Shown here: positions 1 through 9,522 of the stretch, in pieces | How positions within the stretch are numbered: position 1 is the first letter of the stretch | How the letters are laid out: every line of letters starts with the position of its first letter | Assembly (NCBI GenBank): GCA_963732625.1 | Contig: CAVTAM010000002.1 | Span: 31,807-95,806, forward strand | Direction: 5' to 3' | DNA from: an uncultured beta proteobacterium | GTDB lineage: Bacteria > Pseudomonadota > Gammaproteobacteria > Burkholderiales > Burkholderiaceae_C | Length of the DNA: 64,000 bases | Program-made: the position numbers and the translations under genes | Notes under the pieces: generated by a model | Seen by the model: the letters and a program-made list of their open reading frames with translations, nothing else | Databases searched by the model: none | Told to the model about the DNA's origin: nothing

Positions 1-1271
1 CCACCGTGCTCTCGCGCTGTCTGCAGTTCAACCTGCGGCCGATGGCGCCCGACACGGTGGCCGAACATCTGGTGCACGTGTTGACTGCGGAGAGCGTGAG
101 CCACGACGAGACTTCGATCCGCCTGCTCGCGCGCGCCGCGCGCGGCTCGATGCGCGATGCACTGTCGCTCACCGACCAGGCCATCGCCTACGCCGGCGGC
201 TCGCTCAACGCCGACGCCGTGCGCGCGATGCTCGGCAGCGTCGATCGCAGCCATGCCGAGCGCTTCGTGCGCGCGCTCGCTGCGCGCGACGGGCGCGCCG
301 TGCTGGCCGGCGTCGATGGCTTGCGCGAGCATGGCCTGTCGGCGGCCGGCGCGCTCGAAGAGCTGAGCGCGCTGTTGCAGCAGATGGCCATCGAGCAGGC
401 CGTGCCCGGCGCGCTGCCCGAGACCGACCCGGACACGCCGGTGACACGTGAGCTGTCGGCCCTGTTGCCGCCCGACGAAACACAACTGCTCTACAGCTTT
501 GCGCTGCACGGCCGCCAGGAGTTGACGCTGGCGCCGGATGCGTATGCCGGCTTGTCGATGGTGCTGCTGCGCCTGCTCGCCTTCGCACCCGGTGGCGGCC
601 CTGGCGCGCCGCTGAAGACCGCGCCGCCGGTGGCCGCGTCGCCTGCGCCTGCCGCCCCCAAGGCTGCACCGGTCAGCGCCGCGCTGGCCAAGCCGGTGCC
701 GCGCACGAGCTACGCGCCGACGGCGCCGGCCACGGTGCTGCACGTGCGTGAGCAGGAGCCGCCGGCGTGGCTCGACGATGCGCCGCTCGAAGAGCGTGTC
801 GTTGCGCCGCCTTCGGTGAAGACAGCGTCAGCGCCGATCGCTGCGCCGTTGCAGCCCACAGCGCTCGGCGAACGCTGGGTCGCGCTGGTGACGATGCTCA
901 ACCAGCGCCAATCGATCAGCGCGCTCGTGCGCGAGCTGGCGATGCAGGCCCAGCTCGTCGAGCAGCGCGACGGTGCCGAGCCGCTGTGGCGCCTGCGTGT
1001 CGAGCGCGAGTCGCTGCGTGCGCCGGCACATGTCGAGAAGCTGCGCGCCGCGCTCGCCGAAGCGCTCGGCATCGCGCCGCTGAAACTCGAGGTCGAGGCG
1101 GGTGCTGTCACCGACTGCGTCGCCAAGCGCGAGGCCGCCGAGCGCGAGCGCCTTCAGCGCGAGGCCGACGAGATCATTCGCAACGATCCGCTGGTCAGGG
1201 ACATGCTGGCCCAATTTCCATCGGCACGCATCGTGCCGGGATCCATCAAACCCAGGAGCCCCACACCATGA
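1..1271 (+). CDS. dnaX: DNA polymerase III subunit gamma/tau, C-terminal part (5' end lies outside the window)
   Basis: The frame of ORF 6..1271 is open to the window edge. Clamp-loader motifs are present ([32 protein letters not shown]), followed by a Pro/Ala-rich linker and a tau-like C-terminus. It sits in the conserved dnaX-ybaB-recR order. Confidence 0.9.
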   Translation, partial: TVLSRCLQFNLRPMAPDTVAEHLVHVLTAESVSHDETSIRLLARAARGSMRDALSLTDQAIAYAGGSLNADAVRAMLGSVDRSHAERFVRALAARDGRAVLAGVDGLREHGLSAAGALEELSALLQQMAIEQAVPGALPETDPDTPVTRELSALLPPDETQLLYSFALHGRQELTLAPDAYAGLSMVLLRLLAFAPGGGPGAPLKTAPPVAASPAPAAPKAAPVSAALAKPVPRTSYAPTAPATVLHVREQEPPAWLDDAPLEERVVAPPSVKTASAPIAAPLQPTALGERWVALVTMLNQRQSISALVRELAMQAQLVEQRDGAEPLWRLRVERESLRAPAHVEKLRAALAEALGIAPLKLEVEAGAVTDCVAKREAAERERLQREADEIIRNDPLVRDMLAQFPSARIVPGSIKPRSPTP

Positions 1272-1594
1272 TGAAGCAACAACTGGCCGGCCTGATGAAG
1301 CAGGCCCAGCAGATGCAGGACAACATGAAGCGCGCGCAGGACGAGCTCGCGCTGATGGAAGTCGAGGGCGTCTCCGGCGCCGGTCTCGTCAAAGTCGTGA
1401 TGACGTGCAAGCACGACGTGAAGCGCATCACGATCGACCCGAGCCTGCTCGCCGACGACAAGGACATGCTCGAAGACCTCGTCGCCGCCGCGTTCAACGA
1501 CGGTGTGCGGCGCGCCGAAGAGGTGAGCACGGAGAAGATGGGCAAACTGACGGCCGGCATGCCGCTGCCGCCGGGCATGAAATTCCCGTTCTGA
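1268..1594 (+). CDS. ybaB: Nucleoid-associated protein YbaB/EbfC
   Basis: The ATG at 1268 overlaps the dnaX stop (ATGA). Translation [27 protein letters not shown]...[20 protein letters not shown] is typical of YbaB. It is in frame inside ORF 767..1594. Confidence 0.9.
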   Translation: MMKQQLAGLMKQAQQMQDNMKRAQDELALMEVEGVSGAGLVKVVMTCKHDVKRITIDPSLLADDKDMLEDLVAAAFNDGVRRAEEVSTEKMGKLTAGMPLPPGMKFPF

Positions 1595-1612
1595 TCGTGA
1601 TGGCCCACCCCC

Positions 1613-1642
1613 GAGCGGCTGCGCCGCTCCCCCTCAAGGGGG
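1613..1642. repeat. GC-rich double hairpin (REP-like) in the ybaB-recR spacer
   Basis: gagcggc-tgc-gccgctc is followed directly by ccccc-tcaa-ggggg. The CCCC(N3-4)GGGG core resembles the elements at 16005-16055 and 46920-46973. Confidence 0.35.
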
Positions 1643-1705
1643 CACCGCCAGCGGCCCGGCAAAGCCGCATCCGCGGCGGTCGCTTGGAAGCTCGCGCTGG
1701 TCGAC

Positions 1706-2296
1706 GTGAGCTCTGAGCCGTCGCTCTCTGCGCTCATCGAAGCCCTGCGCCGCTTGCCCGGCGTCGGCATCAAGTCGGCGCAGCGCATGGCGTTTCATTT
1801 GCTGCAGCACGACCGTGACGGCGCGTTGAAGCTGGCTGCTGCGTTGTCGGGCGCGGTGGCGCAGGTGCACCACTGCGAGCGCTGCCACACCTTCAGCGAG
1901 AAGAGCTTGTGCGATGTCTGCGCCGATGCGCAGCGTGATGCGAGCAAACTCGCTGTCGTCGAAACGCCGGCCGACCAGGCGGCATTGGAGCGCACCGGCA
2001 GCTACCGCGGCTACTACTTCGTGCTGATGGGGCGGCTGTCGCCGATCGACGGCGTCGGCGTGCGCGACATCGGTGTGGCCGAGCTGCTCGAACGCGCGGC
2101 CGACCCCGCTGTGCAGGAGGTCATCCTGGCGCTCGGCTTCTCGGCCGAAGGCGAGGCCACCGCGCACGCGCTGGCGCAGGCGCTGCGCGTGCGCGGCAAG
2201 ACGGTGACGCGCCTGGCGCGTGGCGTGCCGGTGGGCAGCGAGCTCGAGTACGTCGACCTGTCGACGATCGCGCATGCGATGAGCGATCGCCGGTAA
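1706..2296 (+). CDS. recR: Recombination protein RecR
   Basis: ORF 1706..2296. It has the helix-hairpin-helix segment [17 protein letters not shown], the C4 zinc finger ([14 protein letters not shown]) and a Toprim region. Confidence 0.95.
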   Translation: MSSEPSLSALIEALRRLPGVGIKSAQRMAFHLLQHDRDGALKLAAALSGAVAQVHHCERCHTFSEKSLCDVCADAQRDASKLAVVETPADQAALERTGSYRGYYFVLMGRLSPIDGVGVRDIGVAELLERAADPAVQEVILALGFSAEGEATAHALAQALRVRGKTVTRLARGVPVGSELEYVDLSTIAHAMSDRR

Positions 2297-2550
2297 CGAT
2301 CAAGGCGACGCGGCGTCGCACGCGATGAGCGTGGCCGACAGCGCGGCGGTGAACGCGATGTGCAGGATGCGAATGCGCTGCGGATCGAACGACATGGCAC
2401 AACGCCGAGGGGAATAGGCGTGCCGCACACGCACGCAGCTGCGCACGAGCCCCCTGACGATCAAGGGGCTCGTGCGTTCGACTCGGTGATTTATCGCCGA
2501 GGCAGCGGCCTGCAAGTCAGCGCCGCTGCCAGCTTGTCGCGCGCTCGGGT

Positions 2551-4363
2551 TCAGCTCCCCGCCGGCCAGGTGTAGACCGTGTTGTATTTGATGACCCTGA
2601 ACTTCCTCAGGTCGATCTTGTCGCGCAGCTCGTAAGTGCCGAGCACGCCGGAGTTCCAGTAGGCGCGGGCGTCCGGTGTGTTTTCGGCGTACATCGACAG
2701 CGCGCCCGAGTAGTCGCCGACGTAGGCGCCGTACTGCTGCAGCGCGCGCATGATCGTCACGCCGGCCGGCGACAGGCCGAGCTTCGTGACGTTGACGCTC
2801 GGATCGAACTGGATGCGGCCGCCGCAAGGGATGCCGTTTTCGGTGCCGATGTCGCTGTTGGTGCTGGCCGGCGGCGTGAAGCGGTTGCGGCGCAAGCCCG
2901 GGTAGGCGACGACGAGTGCGTGGTCGATGCGGCCGGCGCGAATCTCGTCGGCGCGGATCAGGCCGGCCACCAGCGGGAAGCCGCACGCCCGCGGGCCATG
3001 CGCGGCGAACCACGGATTGGCCACGGTCGTCGGTGGGCGCACGCCGCTGCCGGTGAGGTCGGTGATGGCGCACAGATCGGCATACCACGCGCCGGCACGC
3101 GCGCGGTTGAAGTTCATGTTGAAGCAGCCATATTCCCGGGTCCGATCGGCCGTGATCACCGCCATGTGGGCGTCGGTCGATTCGTCCGGCGTGGCACCGC
3201 TCGGGATCGGCATCTGCCCGACGGCGCCGATGCCGCCCTGGCCCCAGCCCTCGCCGCCGACGCCGACGGCGACGGCCTGCAGCGCGGTGCCGGCGCTGGC
3301 CTGGTAGAGCGGAATCGAGAAGCGCGAGATGTTGACGTCGAGGTGATCGCCGAACGGCGTGCTGCGGACGAAGGCATCGATCAGCGCGGCGCTGTCGGCC
3401 TCGAGCGCGGGACCGGCGCCGATCGGCGTGTTCCACGGGCTCGACGCGTTGAACGGCCGCCAGACGCCGGCAGACGGTGCGGGTGCGGGCGCAGGCGCAG
3501 GTGCCGGTGCGCGGTGCAGCAGGTGCCGGTGCAGCCGTACCGCCGGCGACGACGATGATCTCGCGCGTCGTCGCGTCCCAGGCATAACCCGGATAACGCG
3601 TCGCGTATTCGACGCGGTAGGTTCCCGGTGTGCTGTAGCGGTGCTGGGTCTGCGCCGCCGGCGTGTTGGCGTTCCAGCCGCCGATGATGGCGGTGGACGT
3701 GCCGTCACCCCAGTAGATGACGCTCGCGTCGGCGCCGCTGGTGGCTGGTGCGACCGTCAACGTACTGCTCGTGTCGAGCGTGAACGGCGCCGCCAGCGCT
3801 GCGCCGTTGACGAGAAAGTTGAACGTGCGATTGGGGCTGGCCGGCGCGGCTGCCGCCGTGCTGGTGCCGCCGCTCCTCACCGTGACCTGGAGGAGGCGCG
3901 CGTCCCAGCCCTGGCTCGGGTGTTTCGTCGCGTACTCGATCTGGTAGCTGCCGGCGCCGCCGTAGCGGTGGCTCATCAGCTCAGCCGATGTGCCCGTGTT
4001 CCAACCGCCGGGGACGTTGGTATAGGTGCCGTCACCCCAATAGACGACGCTCCACTGCGCGCCCGAGGCGTCGGGCAAAACGCGCAACGCATCGGCGGTG
4101 TTGATCGTTGCCGGTGCATCGATGCGCCGCTCGCCGACCTGCAGCGTGAAGTCGCGCATCGTCCCCGTGCCGGTGCCCACGGGCGCGAAGCCCTGCGCCG
4201 CTTCCTGCCGCGGCGAAGGCATGTCGGCCGATGCCGAGCCCACGACGGCGGCGCCTTGCACGTCCGCATCCGCCGCACCACCACCACCGCCGCCGCAAGC
4301 CACGAGAGCTGAGCAGCTCACGCACGCCACGACGCTGAAAAATTGATAACCCCAACGTTGCAT
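2551..4363 (-). CDS. Secreted lipoprotein: two PKD-type repeats, an (Ala-Pro)n linker and an unassigned ~330-aa C-terminal domain. Interrupted by a 1-nt frame change near 3507-3515.
   Basis: The frame of ORF 2300..4402 gives a lipobox signal (MQRWGYQFFSVVACVSCSALVAC) and two ~90-aa repeats with the signature YWGDGT..HRY..G.Y.VEY. The frame of ORF 2551..3708 continues after APAPAPAP with a long conserved-looking domain (VWRPFNASSPWNTPIG...). Confidence 0.7.
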
Positions 4364-4617
4364 TACCTGACCCCTTTTCGCTTGTCTTGATACCACCACC
4401 ATTCGAGTGGGCCGGCGAGTCTAGAAGCGCAAGGGTGCCGATGCGGCGCGTCGATTCTGTAATGCGTAAGGGCATGCAGCCGCAACCTGCACTGCACGTA
4501 GCACTTCGAAACCGACGCGACGGCACTACGCCACTTCGCTGCGCAGCCAATCAGAAAAGACGAGTGGTGCCGTGGGTGCGCCGCGGCGCGCGCACCCGGC
4601 GTTGCAGCTGCTTGGAC

Positions 4618-6240
4618 TCAGCGCTTGCGCGTCTGATGGCCGCTGGCCACGTTGACCGGCTTGCCGCTGCGCTTGGCGCTGGCCTTGGCACGCGGCGGCG
4701 GCGTTGCCTTCGCCACGCGCACGCTGCTCCTGCTGCTCGGCGCGCCGCGTGTGTTGGGCACGTACACCACCACCGTGCTGCCGGCGGCGAGCTTGCCGTT
4801 GGCCGAGACGCGGTTCCACTGCGCCACCTGCTGCGCACTGACGGCGTAACGCTTGGCCAGCGCGGCCACGCTGTCGCCGCCCTTGCCGACCTTGAGCGCG
4901 ACGCGCTTCAACGCCGGGCCATCGGGCGAGAACGAGATCATCGCCGTGTCGGCCATGCGCACGGAGACATCGCCGTCGCGATTGCGGCTGCGCGCCACCA
5001 GGAGCGTCGAGCCGGCCTGCACCAGCATGCGCGGCGGGATCGCATTGATCTCGCGCAGCTCGTCTTCTTCCATGCCCACGGCCTGCGCCGCATCGGCGGC
5101 CTTCATCGTCTTGGGCACCGTCCACGCCGTCCAGCTCGACAGCGGCCCCTTGTGCAGCGGCAGCGCCTTGACGAACGCATTGGCGTTGTCGTACGGCAGC
5201 AGCAACTGCGGCGTGCCCGCGGCCACGATCACCGGCTTGTTCATCTGCGGGTTGAGGGCGCGGAACTGGTCGAGCGGCAGGCCCGAGAGCTGGGTCACCA
5301 GCGCCACGTCGATGTCGCGCGAAATCGGCACGGCGAGGAAGTACGGGTGGTTCTCGAGCAGCGGCAGCGTGAGCGCATAGTCGGCGGGGCGCAGCACGAT
5401 GTTCTTGATCGCCTGCAGCTTGGGCACGTAGTCGCGTGTCTCGTGCGGCATCTTCAGGCTCTCGTAGCCGGCGGCGCGGCCGGCCGCGCGGTTGGCGCGC
5501 ACGGCACGCTGCACGTTGCCTTCGCCCCAGTTGTAGGCCGCCAGTGCCAGGTGCCAGTCGCCGAACATCTTGTGCAGGCGCGTCAGGTAGTCGAGCGCGG
5601 CGCTGGTCGAGGCCAGTACGTCGCGCCGGTCATCGCGAAACAGGTTCTGCGTCAGTTCGTAGTGGCGGCCGGTGGCCGGCATGAACTGCCACATGCCGGC
5701 GGCGCGCGCCGACGACATCGCTTCCGGATTGAACGCGCTCTCGATGAAGGGCAGCAGCGCCAGCTCCGTCGGCAGGCCGCGGCGCTGCACCTCTTCGACG
5801 ATGTGGAACAGGTAGCGCGAACCGCGGTCGGTCATGCGCGCCATGTACTCGGGCTGGCCCGCGAAGTACTTCTCACGTTGCTTGACGTAGCGGTCGTCGA
5901 TGTCGCGAATGGCAAAGCCGTTGCGGATGCGCTGCCACAGGTCGATGCGCGCGCTGCGGTCGTCGAGGTCGATGCGCGCGTCGGGGCGCACCGGGTCGAT
6001 CGGCGGCGCCACCGCAGTGGCTGGGTCATCCTTGTCCGCGGCCACTGCGGCGCTGGTGGCGAAGGCCGCCGGCGCCGGCGTGCCGTCATCCAGGCGCACG
6101 ACGTTGGGGGTGAGCGTGACCACCGGCGCCTGGGCGCACGCCGGCAAAGCCAGCAGCGCGGTCAGCAGCGCGATGGCGGTGCACAGCAGGCGGCAATGCC
6201 GCGGGTTCAGAGCGTGGTTCATCGAGGTTGCTTCTTCCAT
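4618..6240 (-). CDS. mltD: Membrane-bound lytic murein transglycosylase D-like (SLT domain plus LysM repeats)
   Basis: ORF 4618..6405. SLT motif ESAFNPEAMSSARAAGMWQFMPATG, a signal/lipobox-like N-terminus (ALLALPAC) and C-terminal LysM-like segments. Start taken at Met 6240 (alternative 6222). Confidence 0.85.
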   Translation of the reverse strand: MEEATSMNHALNPRHCRLLCTAIALLTALLALPACAQAPVVTLTPNVVRLDDGTPAPAAFATSAAVAADKDDPATAVAPPIDPVRPDARIDLDDRSARIDLWQRIRNGFAIRDIDDRYVKQREKYFAGQPEYMARMTDRGSRYLFHIVEEVQRRGLPTELALLPFIESAFNPEAMSSARAAGMWQFMPATGRHYELTQNLFRDDRRDVLASTSAALDYLTRLHKMFGDWHLALAAYNWGEGNVQRAVRANRAAGRAAGYESLKMPHETRDYVPKLQAIKNIVLRPADYALTLPLLENHPYFLAVPISRDIDVALVTQLSGLPLDQFRALNPQMNKPVIVAAGTPQLLLPYDNANAFVKALPLHKGPLSSWTAWTVPKTMKAADAAQAVGMEEDELREINAIPPRMLVQAGSTLLVARSRNRDGDVSVRMADTAMISFSPDGPALKRVALKVGKGGDSVAALAKRYAVSAQQVAQWNRVSANGKLAAGSTVVVYVPNTRGAPSSRSSVRVAKATPPPRAKASAKRSGKPVNVASGHQTRKR

Positions 6241-6473
6241 TCGCGCGAACGTGCGCCGGGACGGGGCGAATAGAATCGCGCCGAAGTTGCGTTGCCGTGC
6301 CTGCAGCGCTTGCTGCACGACCGCAGCTCGTTCATCTCGATCTGCGCCGGACCGCGTGCACCGTGCAACCACCAGAGGTGTTGTGCGAGGAGGCAGGCGA
6401 GGCAACGGGTTTCATCGGCGAGCGATTATAGGAAGGCGCTCTCAACGCCACTCCCACGAGCGCAAGCCGTTTA

Positions 6474-7289
6474 TTGCAAGCGAATGTCTGCATGTCTGAT
6501 ACCCAACCCGGCATCGAAGCACTGACCGCCTGGCTCGAGACGCCGCCCGGCCAGTACCTGCTGGCGTGGGAGCAGGCGCAGCTCGACCGCGTGGTCAGCG
6601 ATGTCTTCGGCTTTCATGCGCTGCAGATCGGCCTGCCCGAAATCGATGCATTGCGCGCCAACCGCATGCCGCACCGCTGGGTGGCGCTCGATGCCGGCCA
6701 CGCGCCGCCTGATCCAACCAGGAGAGCGGCGGTGTTCGCGCAGGGCGACGCGCTGCCGTTTGCCGAACGCAGCCTCGACCTCGTCGTGCTGCCGCACACC
6801 CTCGAGCTGGCGCGCGACCCGCACCGCACGCTGGCCGAAGTCGAGCGCGTGCTGATGCCCGAAGGCCGCGTCGTCATCCTCGGCTTCAACGCCGCCAGCC
6901 TGTGGGGCTTGAGTCAACGCCTGGGCCGCATGCGGCGCCTCGTCGGCGGCAAAGGCTCGTCGTTCCTGCCGCGGCCGGGCGAGTTCATCGGCTACTGGCG
7001 GCTGCGCGATTGGCTGCGCCTGCTCAGCTTCGAAGTCGAAGGCGGCCGCTTCGGCGCTTACCGCCCGGCGCTCGGCGCGCAGCGCTGGCTCGACCGCTTT
7101 GCCTGGATGGACCGCATCGGCGACCGCTGGTGGCCGGTCTTCGGCGCGGTCTACATGGTGGTGGCCGTCAAGCGCGTGCGCGGCATGCGCCTGGTCGGGC
7201 TGGCCAAGCGCGAACGCACGAAGGTGGTGGCCGCTCCGGCCGTGGTGACGAACATTCAACGTAAAGAAAAGCGAAGTACGGATCGATGA
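6474..7289 (+). CDS. Class I SAM-dependent methyltransferase (conserved partner of rnhA)
   Basis: ORF 6474..7289. Motifs [18 protein letters not shown]...[20 protein letters not shown]. The stop overlaps the rnhA start. Alternative start at 6492. Confidence 0.8.
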   Translation: MQANVCMSDTQPGIEALTAWLETPPGQYLLAWEQAQLDRVVSDVFGFHALQIGLPEIDALRANRMPHRWVALDAGHAPPDPTRRAAVFAQGDALPFAERSLDLVVLPHTLELARDPHRTLAEVERVLMPEGRVVILGFNAASLWGLSQRLGRMRRLVGGKGSSFLPRPGEFIGYWRLRDWLRLLSFEVEGGRFGAYRPALGAQRWLDRFAWMDRIGDRWWPVFGAVYMVVAVKRVRGMRLVGLAKRERTKVVAAPAVVTNIQRKEKRSTDR

Positions 7290-7747
7290 CAACCACGACG
7301 AAAACCACGAAGACAACGACGATCACGATCTACACCGACGGCGCCTGCAAAGGCAACCCCGGCCCCGGCGGCTGGGGCGCGTGGCTGAAGACCGGCGCGC
7401 ACGAGAAGGAACTCTGGGGCGGCGAGGCAGTCACCACCAACAACCGCATGGAGTTGACGGCGGTGATCGAAGCCCTGACTGCGTTGAAGCGCAACAGCCA
7501 TGTTCAGCTCTACACCGACAGCCAGTACGTCCGCCAAGGCATCACGACATGGATCCACAACTGGAAGCAGCGCGGCTGGAAGACGGCGGACCGGCAGCCG
7601 GTGAAGAACATCGACCTCTGGCAGCGCCTCGACGCGCTGGCCGCGTTGCACCAGGTCGATTGGCGCTGGGTCAAGGGCCACGCCGGTGATCCCGGCAACG
7701 AGCGCGCGGATGCGCTGGCCAACCGCGGTGCCGCCGAGCAGGTGTGA
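7286..7747 (+). CDS. rnhA: Ribonuclease HI
   Basis: ORF 7286..7747. [18 protein letters not shown]...[14 protein letters not shown]...LYTDSQYV...[18 protein letters not shown] matches the RNase H catalytic DEDD pattern. Confidence 0.92.
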   Translation: MTTTTKTTKTTTITIYTDGACKGNPGPGGWGAWLKTGAHEKELWGGEAVTTNNRMELTAVIEALTALKRNSHVQLYTDSQYVRQGITTWIHNWKQRGWKTADRQPVKNIDLWQRLDALAALHQVDWRWVKGHAGDPGNERADALANRGAAEQV

Positions 7748-7804
7748 AGGCCGGGCAGTAGCCGACCCGATTCACGACCTGCAAGCAAAGACTACAGTGA
7801 CTGC

Positions 7805-9043
7805 ATGGCAATGAGAAAACTCCACACCGTGGTGGCCGTGGTCGGCATCGTCGCGGTGGGCGCTGCGGCGTGGTGGTGGCAGCGCGGCGGTGCGGCGGTG
7901 GAGCGCAAGGAGGCCGGCGCGGTTGCCAGTGCAGCAGCACCTGGCGCGAGCGGCACCGCGCGCGGCCAAGGTGCCGGCGGCGGCGCGCCAAGCGGCCCTG
8001 CGGCGGTCGAAGTCGGCAAGGTCCTGGTGCTGCGCATCGAAGACGACGCGCAGGCCGTGGGCAGCCTGCGCGCGGTGCAGAACGTGATCGTGCGGCCCGA
8101 GGTCAGCGGGCGCATCACCAAGCTCGGCTTCACCGACGGTGGCCGGGTGAAGAAGGGCCAGTTGCTGGTGCAGCTCGACAACACGCTGCAGGCCGCGCAG
8201 TTGCAGCAGGCGCTGGCGCAGATGAGCATCGCCCGCACCAACCTGCAACGCAGCCGCGAGCTGCAGGCCGAGAACTTCGTCAGTCAAAGCGCCGTGGACC
8301 AGAACGCCGCGGCGATGCAGGTCGCGCAAGCGCAGGTCGCGCTGGCGCGCGCGCAGCTGTCGCGGCTGGCGATCATGGCGCCGTTCGACGGCGTCGTCGG
8401 CATCCGCAGCGTCGCACTCGGCGACTACGTGAAAGACGGCGCCGATCTGGTCAGCCTCGAAGACCGCTCGCGGATGTGGGTCGATTTCCGGCTGCCCGAG
8501 CGCTTCGTCGGCCAGACCCGGGTTGGCCAGACGGTGGAGGTGTCGCTCGACGCGATGCCGGGCCAACCGTTGATCGCCAAGGTCGAAGCGCTCGACGCGC
8601 TGGTTGACGCCAACGGCCGCTCGCTGCTCGTGCGCGCGCGCATCGATCAACCGGGCGAAGCGCTGAAGTCCGGCATGTTCGCCCGCGCCCGCGTCGTCTT
8701 CGCCGTGCGCGAGCGTGCGCTGATGGTGCCGGAAGAAGCGCTGGTGCCGCAGGGCGGCAAGCAGTACCTGATCAAGGCGGTGCCGGCGCCGGGCAGTGCG
8801 GCGGGCAATGGCACGGGGCCATCGCTGGTATCGCAACGCCTGGAGGCCAAGCTCGGCGTGCGCCAGGCCGGCAAGGTGGAGATTCTCGAAGGCTTGTCGC
8901 CGGGCGATCTGATCGTCACGGCTGGGCAGGCGCGGGTGATGCGCGGCGATGCATTGCCGCTGCGGGTGATCGACATCGACAAGCCGCAGGCGGCGAAGAA
9001 ACCCGCCGCGGCGGCATCGGGCAGCGCGTCGGCCCCGGCTTGA
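7805..9043 (+). CDS. RND efflux periplasmic adaptor (membrane fusion protein)
   Basis: ORF 7805..9043. N-terminal TM anchor, then the typical adaptor pattern (VRPEVSGRITKLGFTDGGRVKKGQLLVQLD, coiled-coil AQLQQALAQ...LQRSREL, IMAPFDGVVG). Confidence 0.85.
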   Translation: MAMRKLHTVVAVVGIVAVGAAAWWWQRGGAAVERKEAGAVASAAAPGASGTARGQGAGGGAPSGPAAVEVGKVLVLRIEDDAQAVGSLRAVQNVIVRPEVSGRITKLGFTDGGRVKKGQLLVQLDNTLQAAQLQQALAQMSIARTNLQRSRELQAENFVSQSAVDQNAAAMQVAQAQVALARAQLSRLAIMAPFDGVVGIRSVALGDYVKDGADLVSLEDRSRMWVDFRLPERFVGQTRVGQTVEVSLDAMPGQPLIAKVEALDALVDANGRSLLVRARIDQPGEALKSGMFARARVVFAVRERALMVPEEALVPQGGKQYLIKAVPAPGSAAGNGTGPSLVSQRLEAKLGVRQAGKVEILEGLSPGDLIVTAGQARVMRGDALPLRVIDIDKPQAAKKPAAAASGSASAPA

Positions 9044-9068
9044 CGCAACGCCATGGACAGAGTTTGCA

Positions 9069-9500
9069 GTGGCGTCTGATCCTCGCTTCACGACGATCGA
9101 GGTTCACATGAGCCCGTGGGACGCGCACGTCAGCCGGGGCTTGATGGAGTCGGAGGGCATCCCCGCGTTTCTGGCCAGCGAGCACCACGTGGGGGCGCAT
9201 TGGCCGCTGTCGCTGGCGCTGGGCGGCGTGCGATTGCAGGTGCCGACCGAGCAGGCCGCTCGGGCGCGCGACATCCTGGCCCAGCGCAGCCAGGGCGAGT
9301 TCGAAGCCGCGCTGATCGAGCAAACAGGGATCGCTGCGCCGGCCTGTCGGCAGTGCGGCGCGAGCGCAGTGCGAGAACAACGCGATTGGTTTTCCGTTCT
9401 GCTGTCGTTTGTTTTCATCGCCTTCGGCAACGCGATCTTTCCGCCCGGCAAACGGCTGATGTGCGCGGCCTGCGGCAGCACGGCGCGCGGCGAAGCCTGA
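9069..9500 (+). CDS. DUF2007-like small protein with a C-terminal Cys-pair / TM / Cys-pair tail
   Basis: ORF 9069..9500 (GTG start; alternative ATG at 9108). DAHVSRGLMESEGIPAFLASEHH...VRLQVPTEQAARARDIL fits the DUF2007 fold. It is followed by CRQCG, a hydrophobic helix (FSVLLSFVFIAFGNAIF) and CAACG. Confidence 0.6.
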   Translation: MASDPRFTTIEVHMSPWDAHVSRGLMESEGIPAFLASEHHVGAHWPLSLALGGVRLQVPTEQAARARDILAQRSQGEFEAALIEQTGIAAPACRQCGASAVREQRDWFSVLLSFVFIAFGNAIFPPGKRLMCAACGSTARGEA

Positions 9501-9522
9501 ACCACCTCCACCGGACCACGCC

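Noticed and set aside
2300-2395. 31-aa minus-strand ORF (MSFDPQRIRILHIAFTAALSATLIACDAASP) in the recR / lipoprotein-gene spacer
   Set aside because: It is hydrophobic enough to be a small membrane peptide, but it has no Shine-Dalgarno and no supporting evidence. It cannot be distinguished from chance.
2501-2530. Hairpin ggcagcggc-N12-gccgctgcc as the terminator of the lipoprotein gene; also the 4574-4597 hairpin after mltD
   Set aside because: The stems are GC-rich, but neither is followed by a proper U-tract on the relevant strand. They could equally be REP-like or fortuitous.
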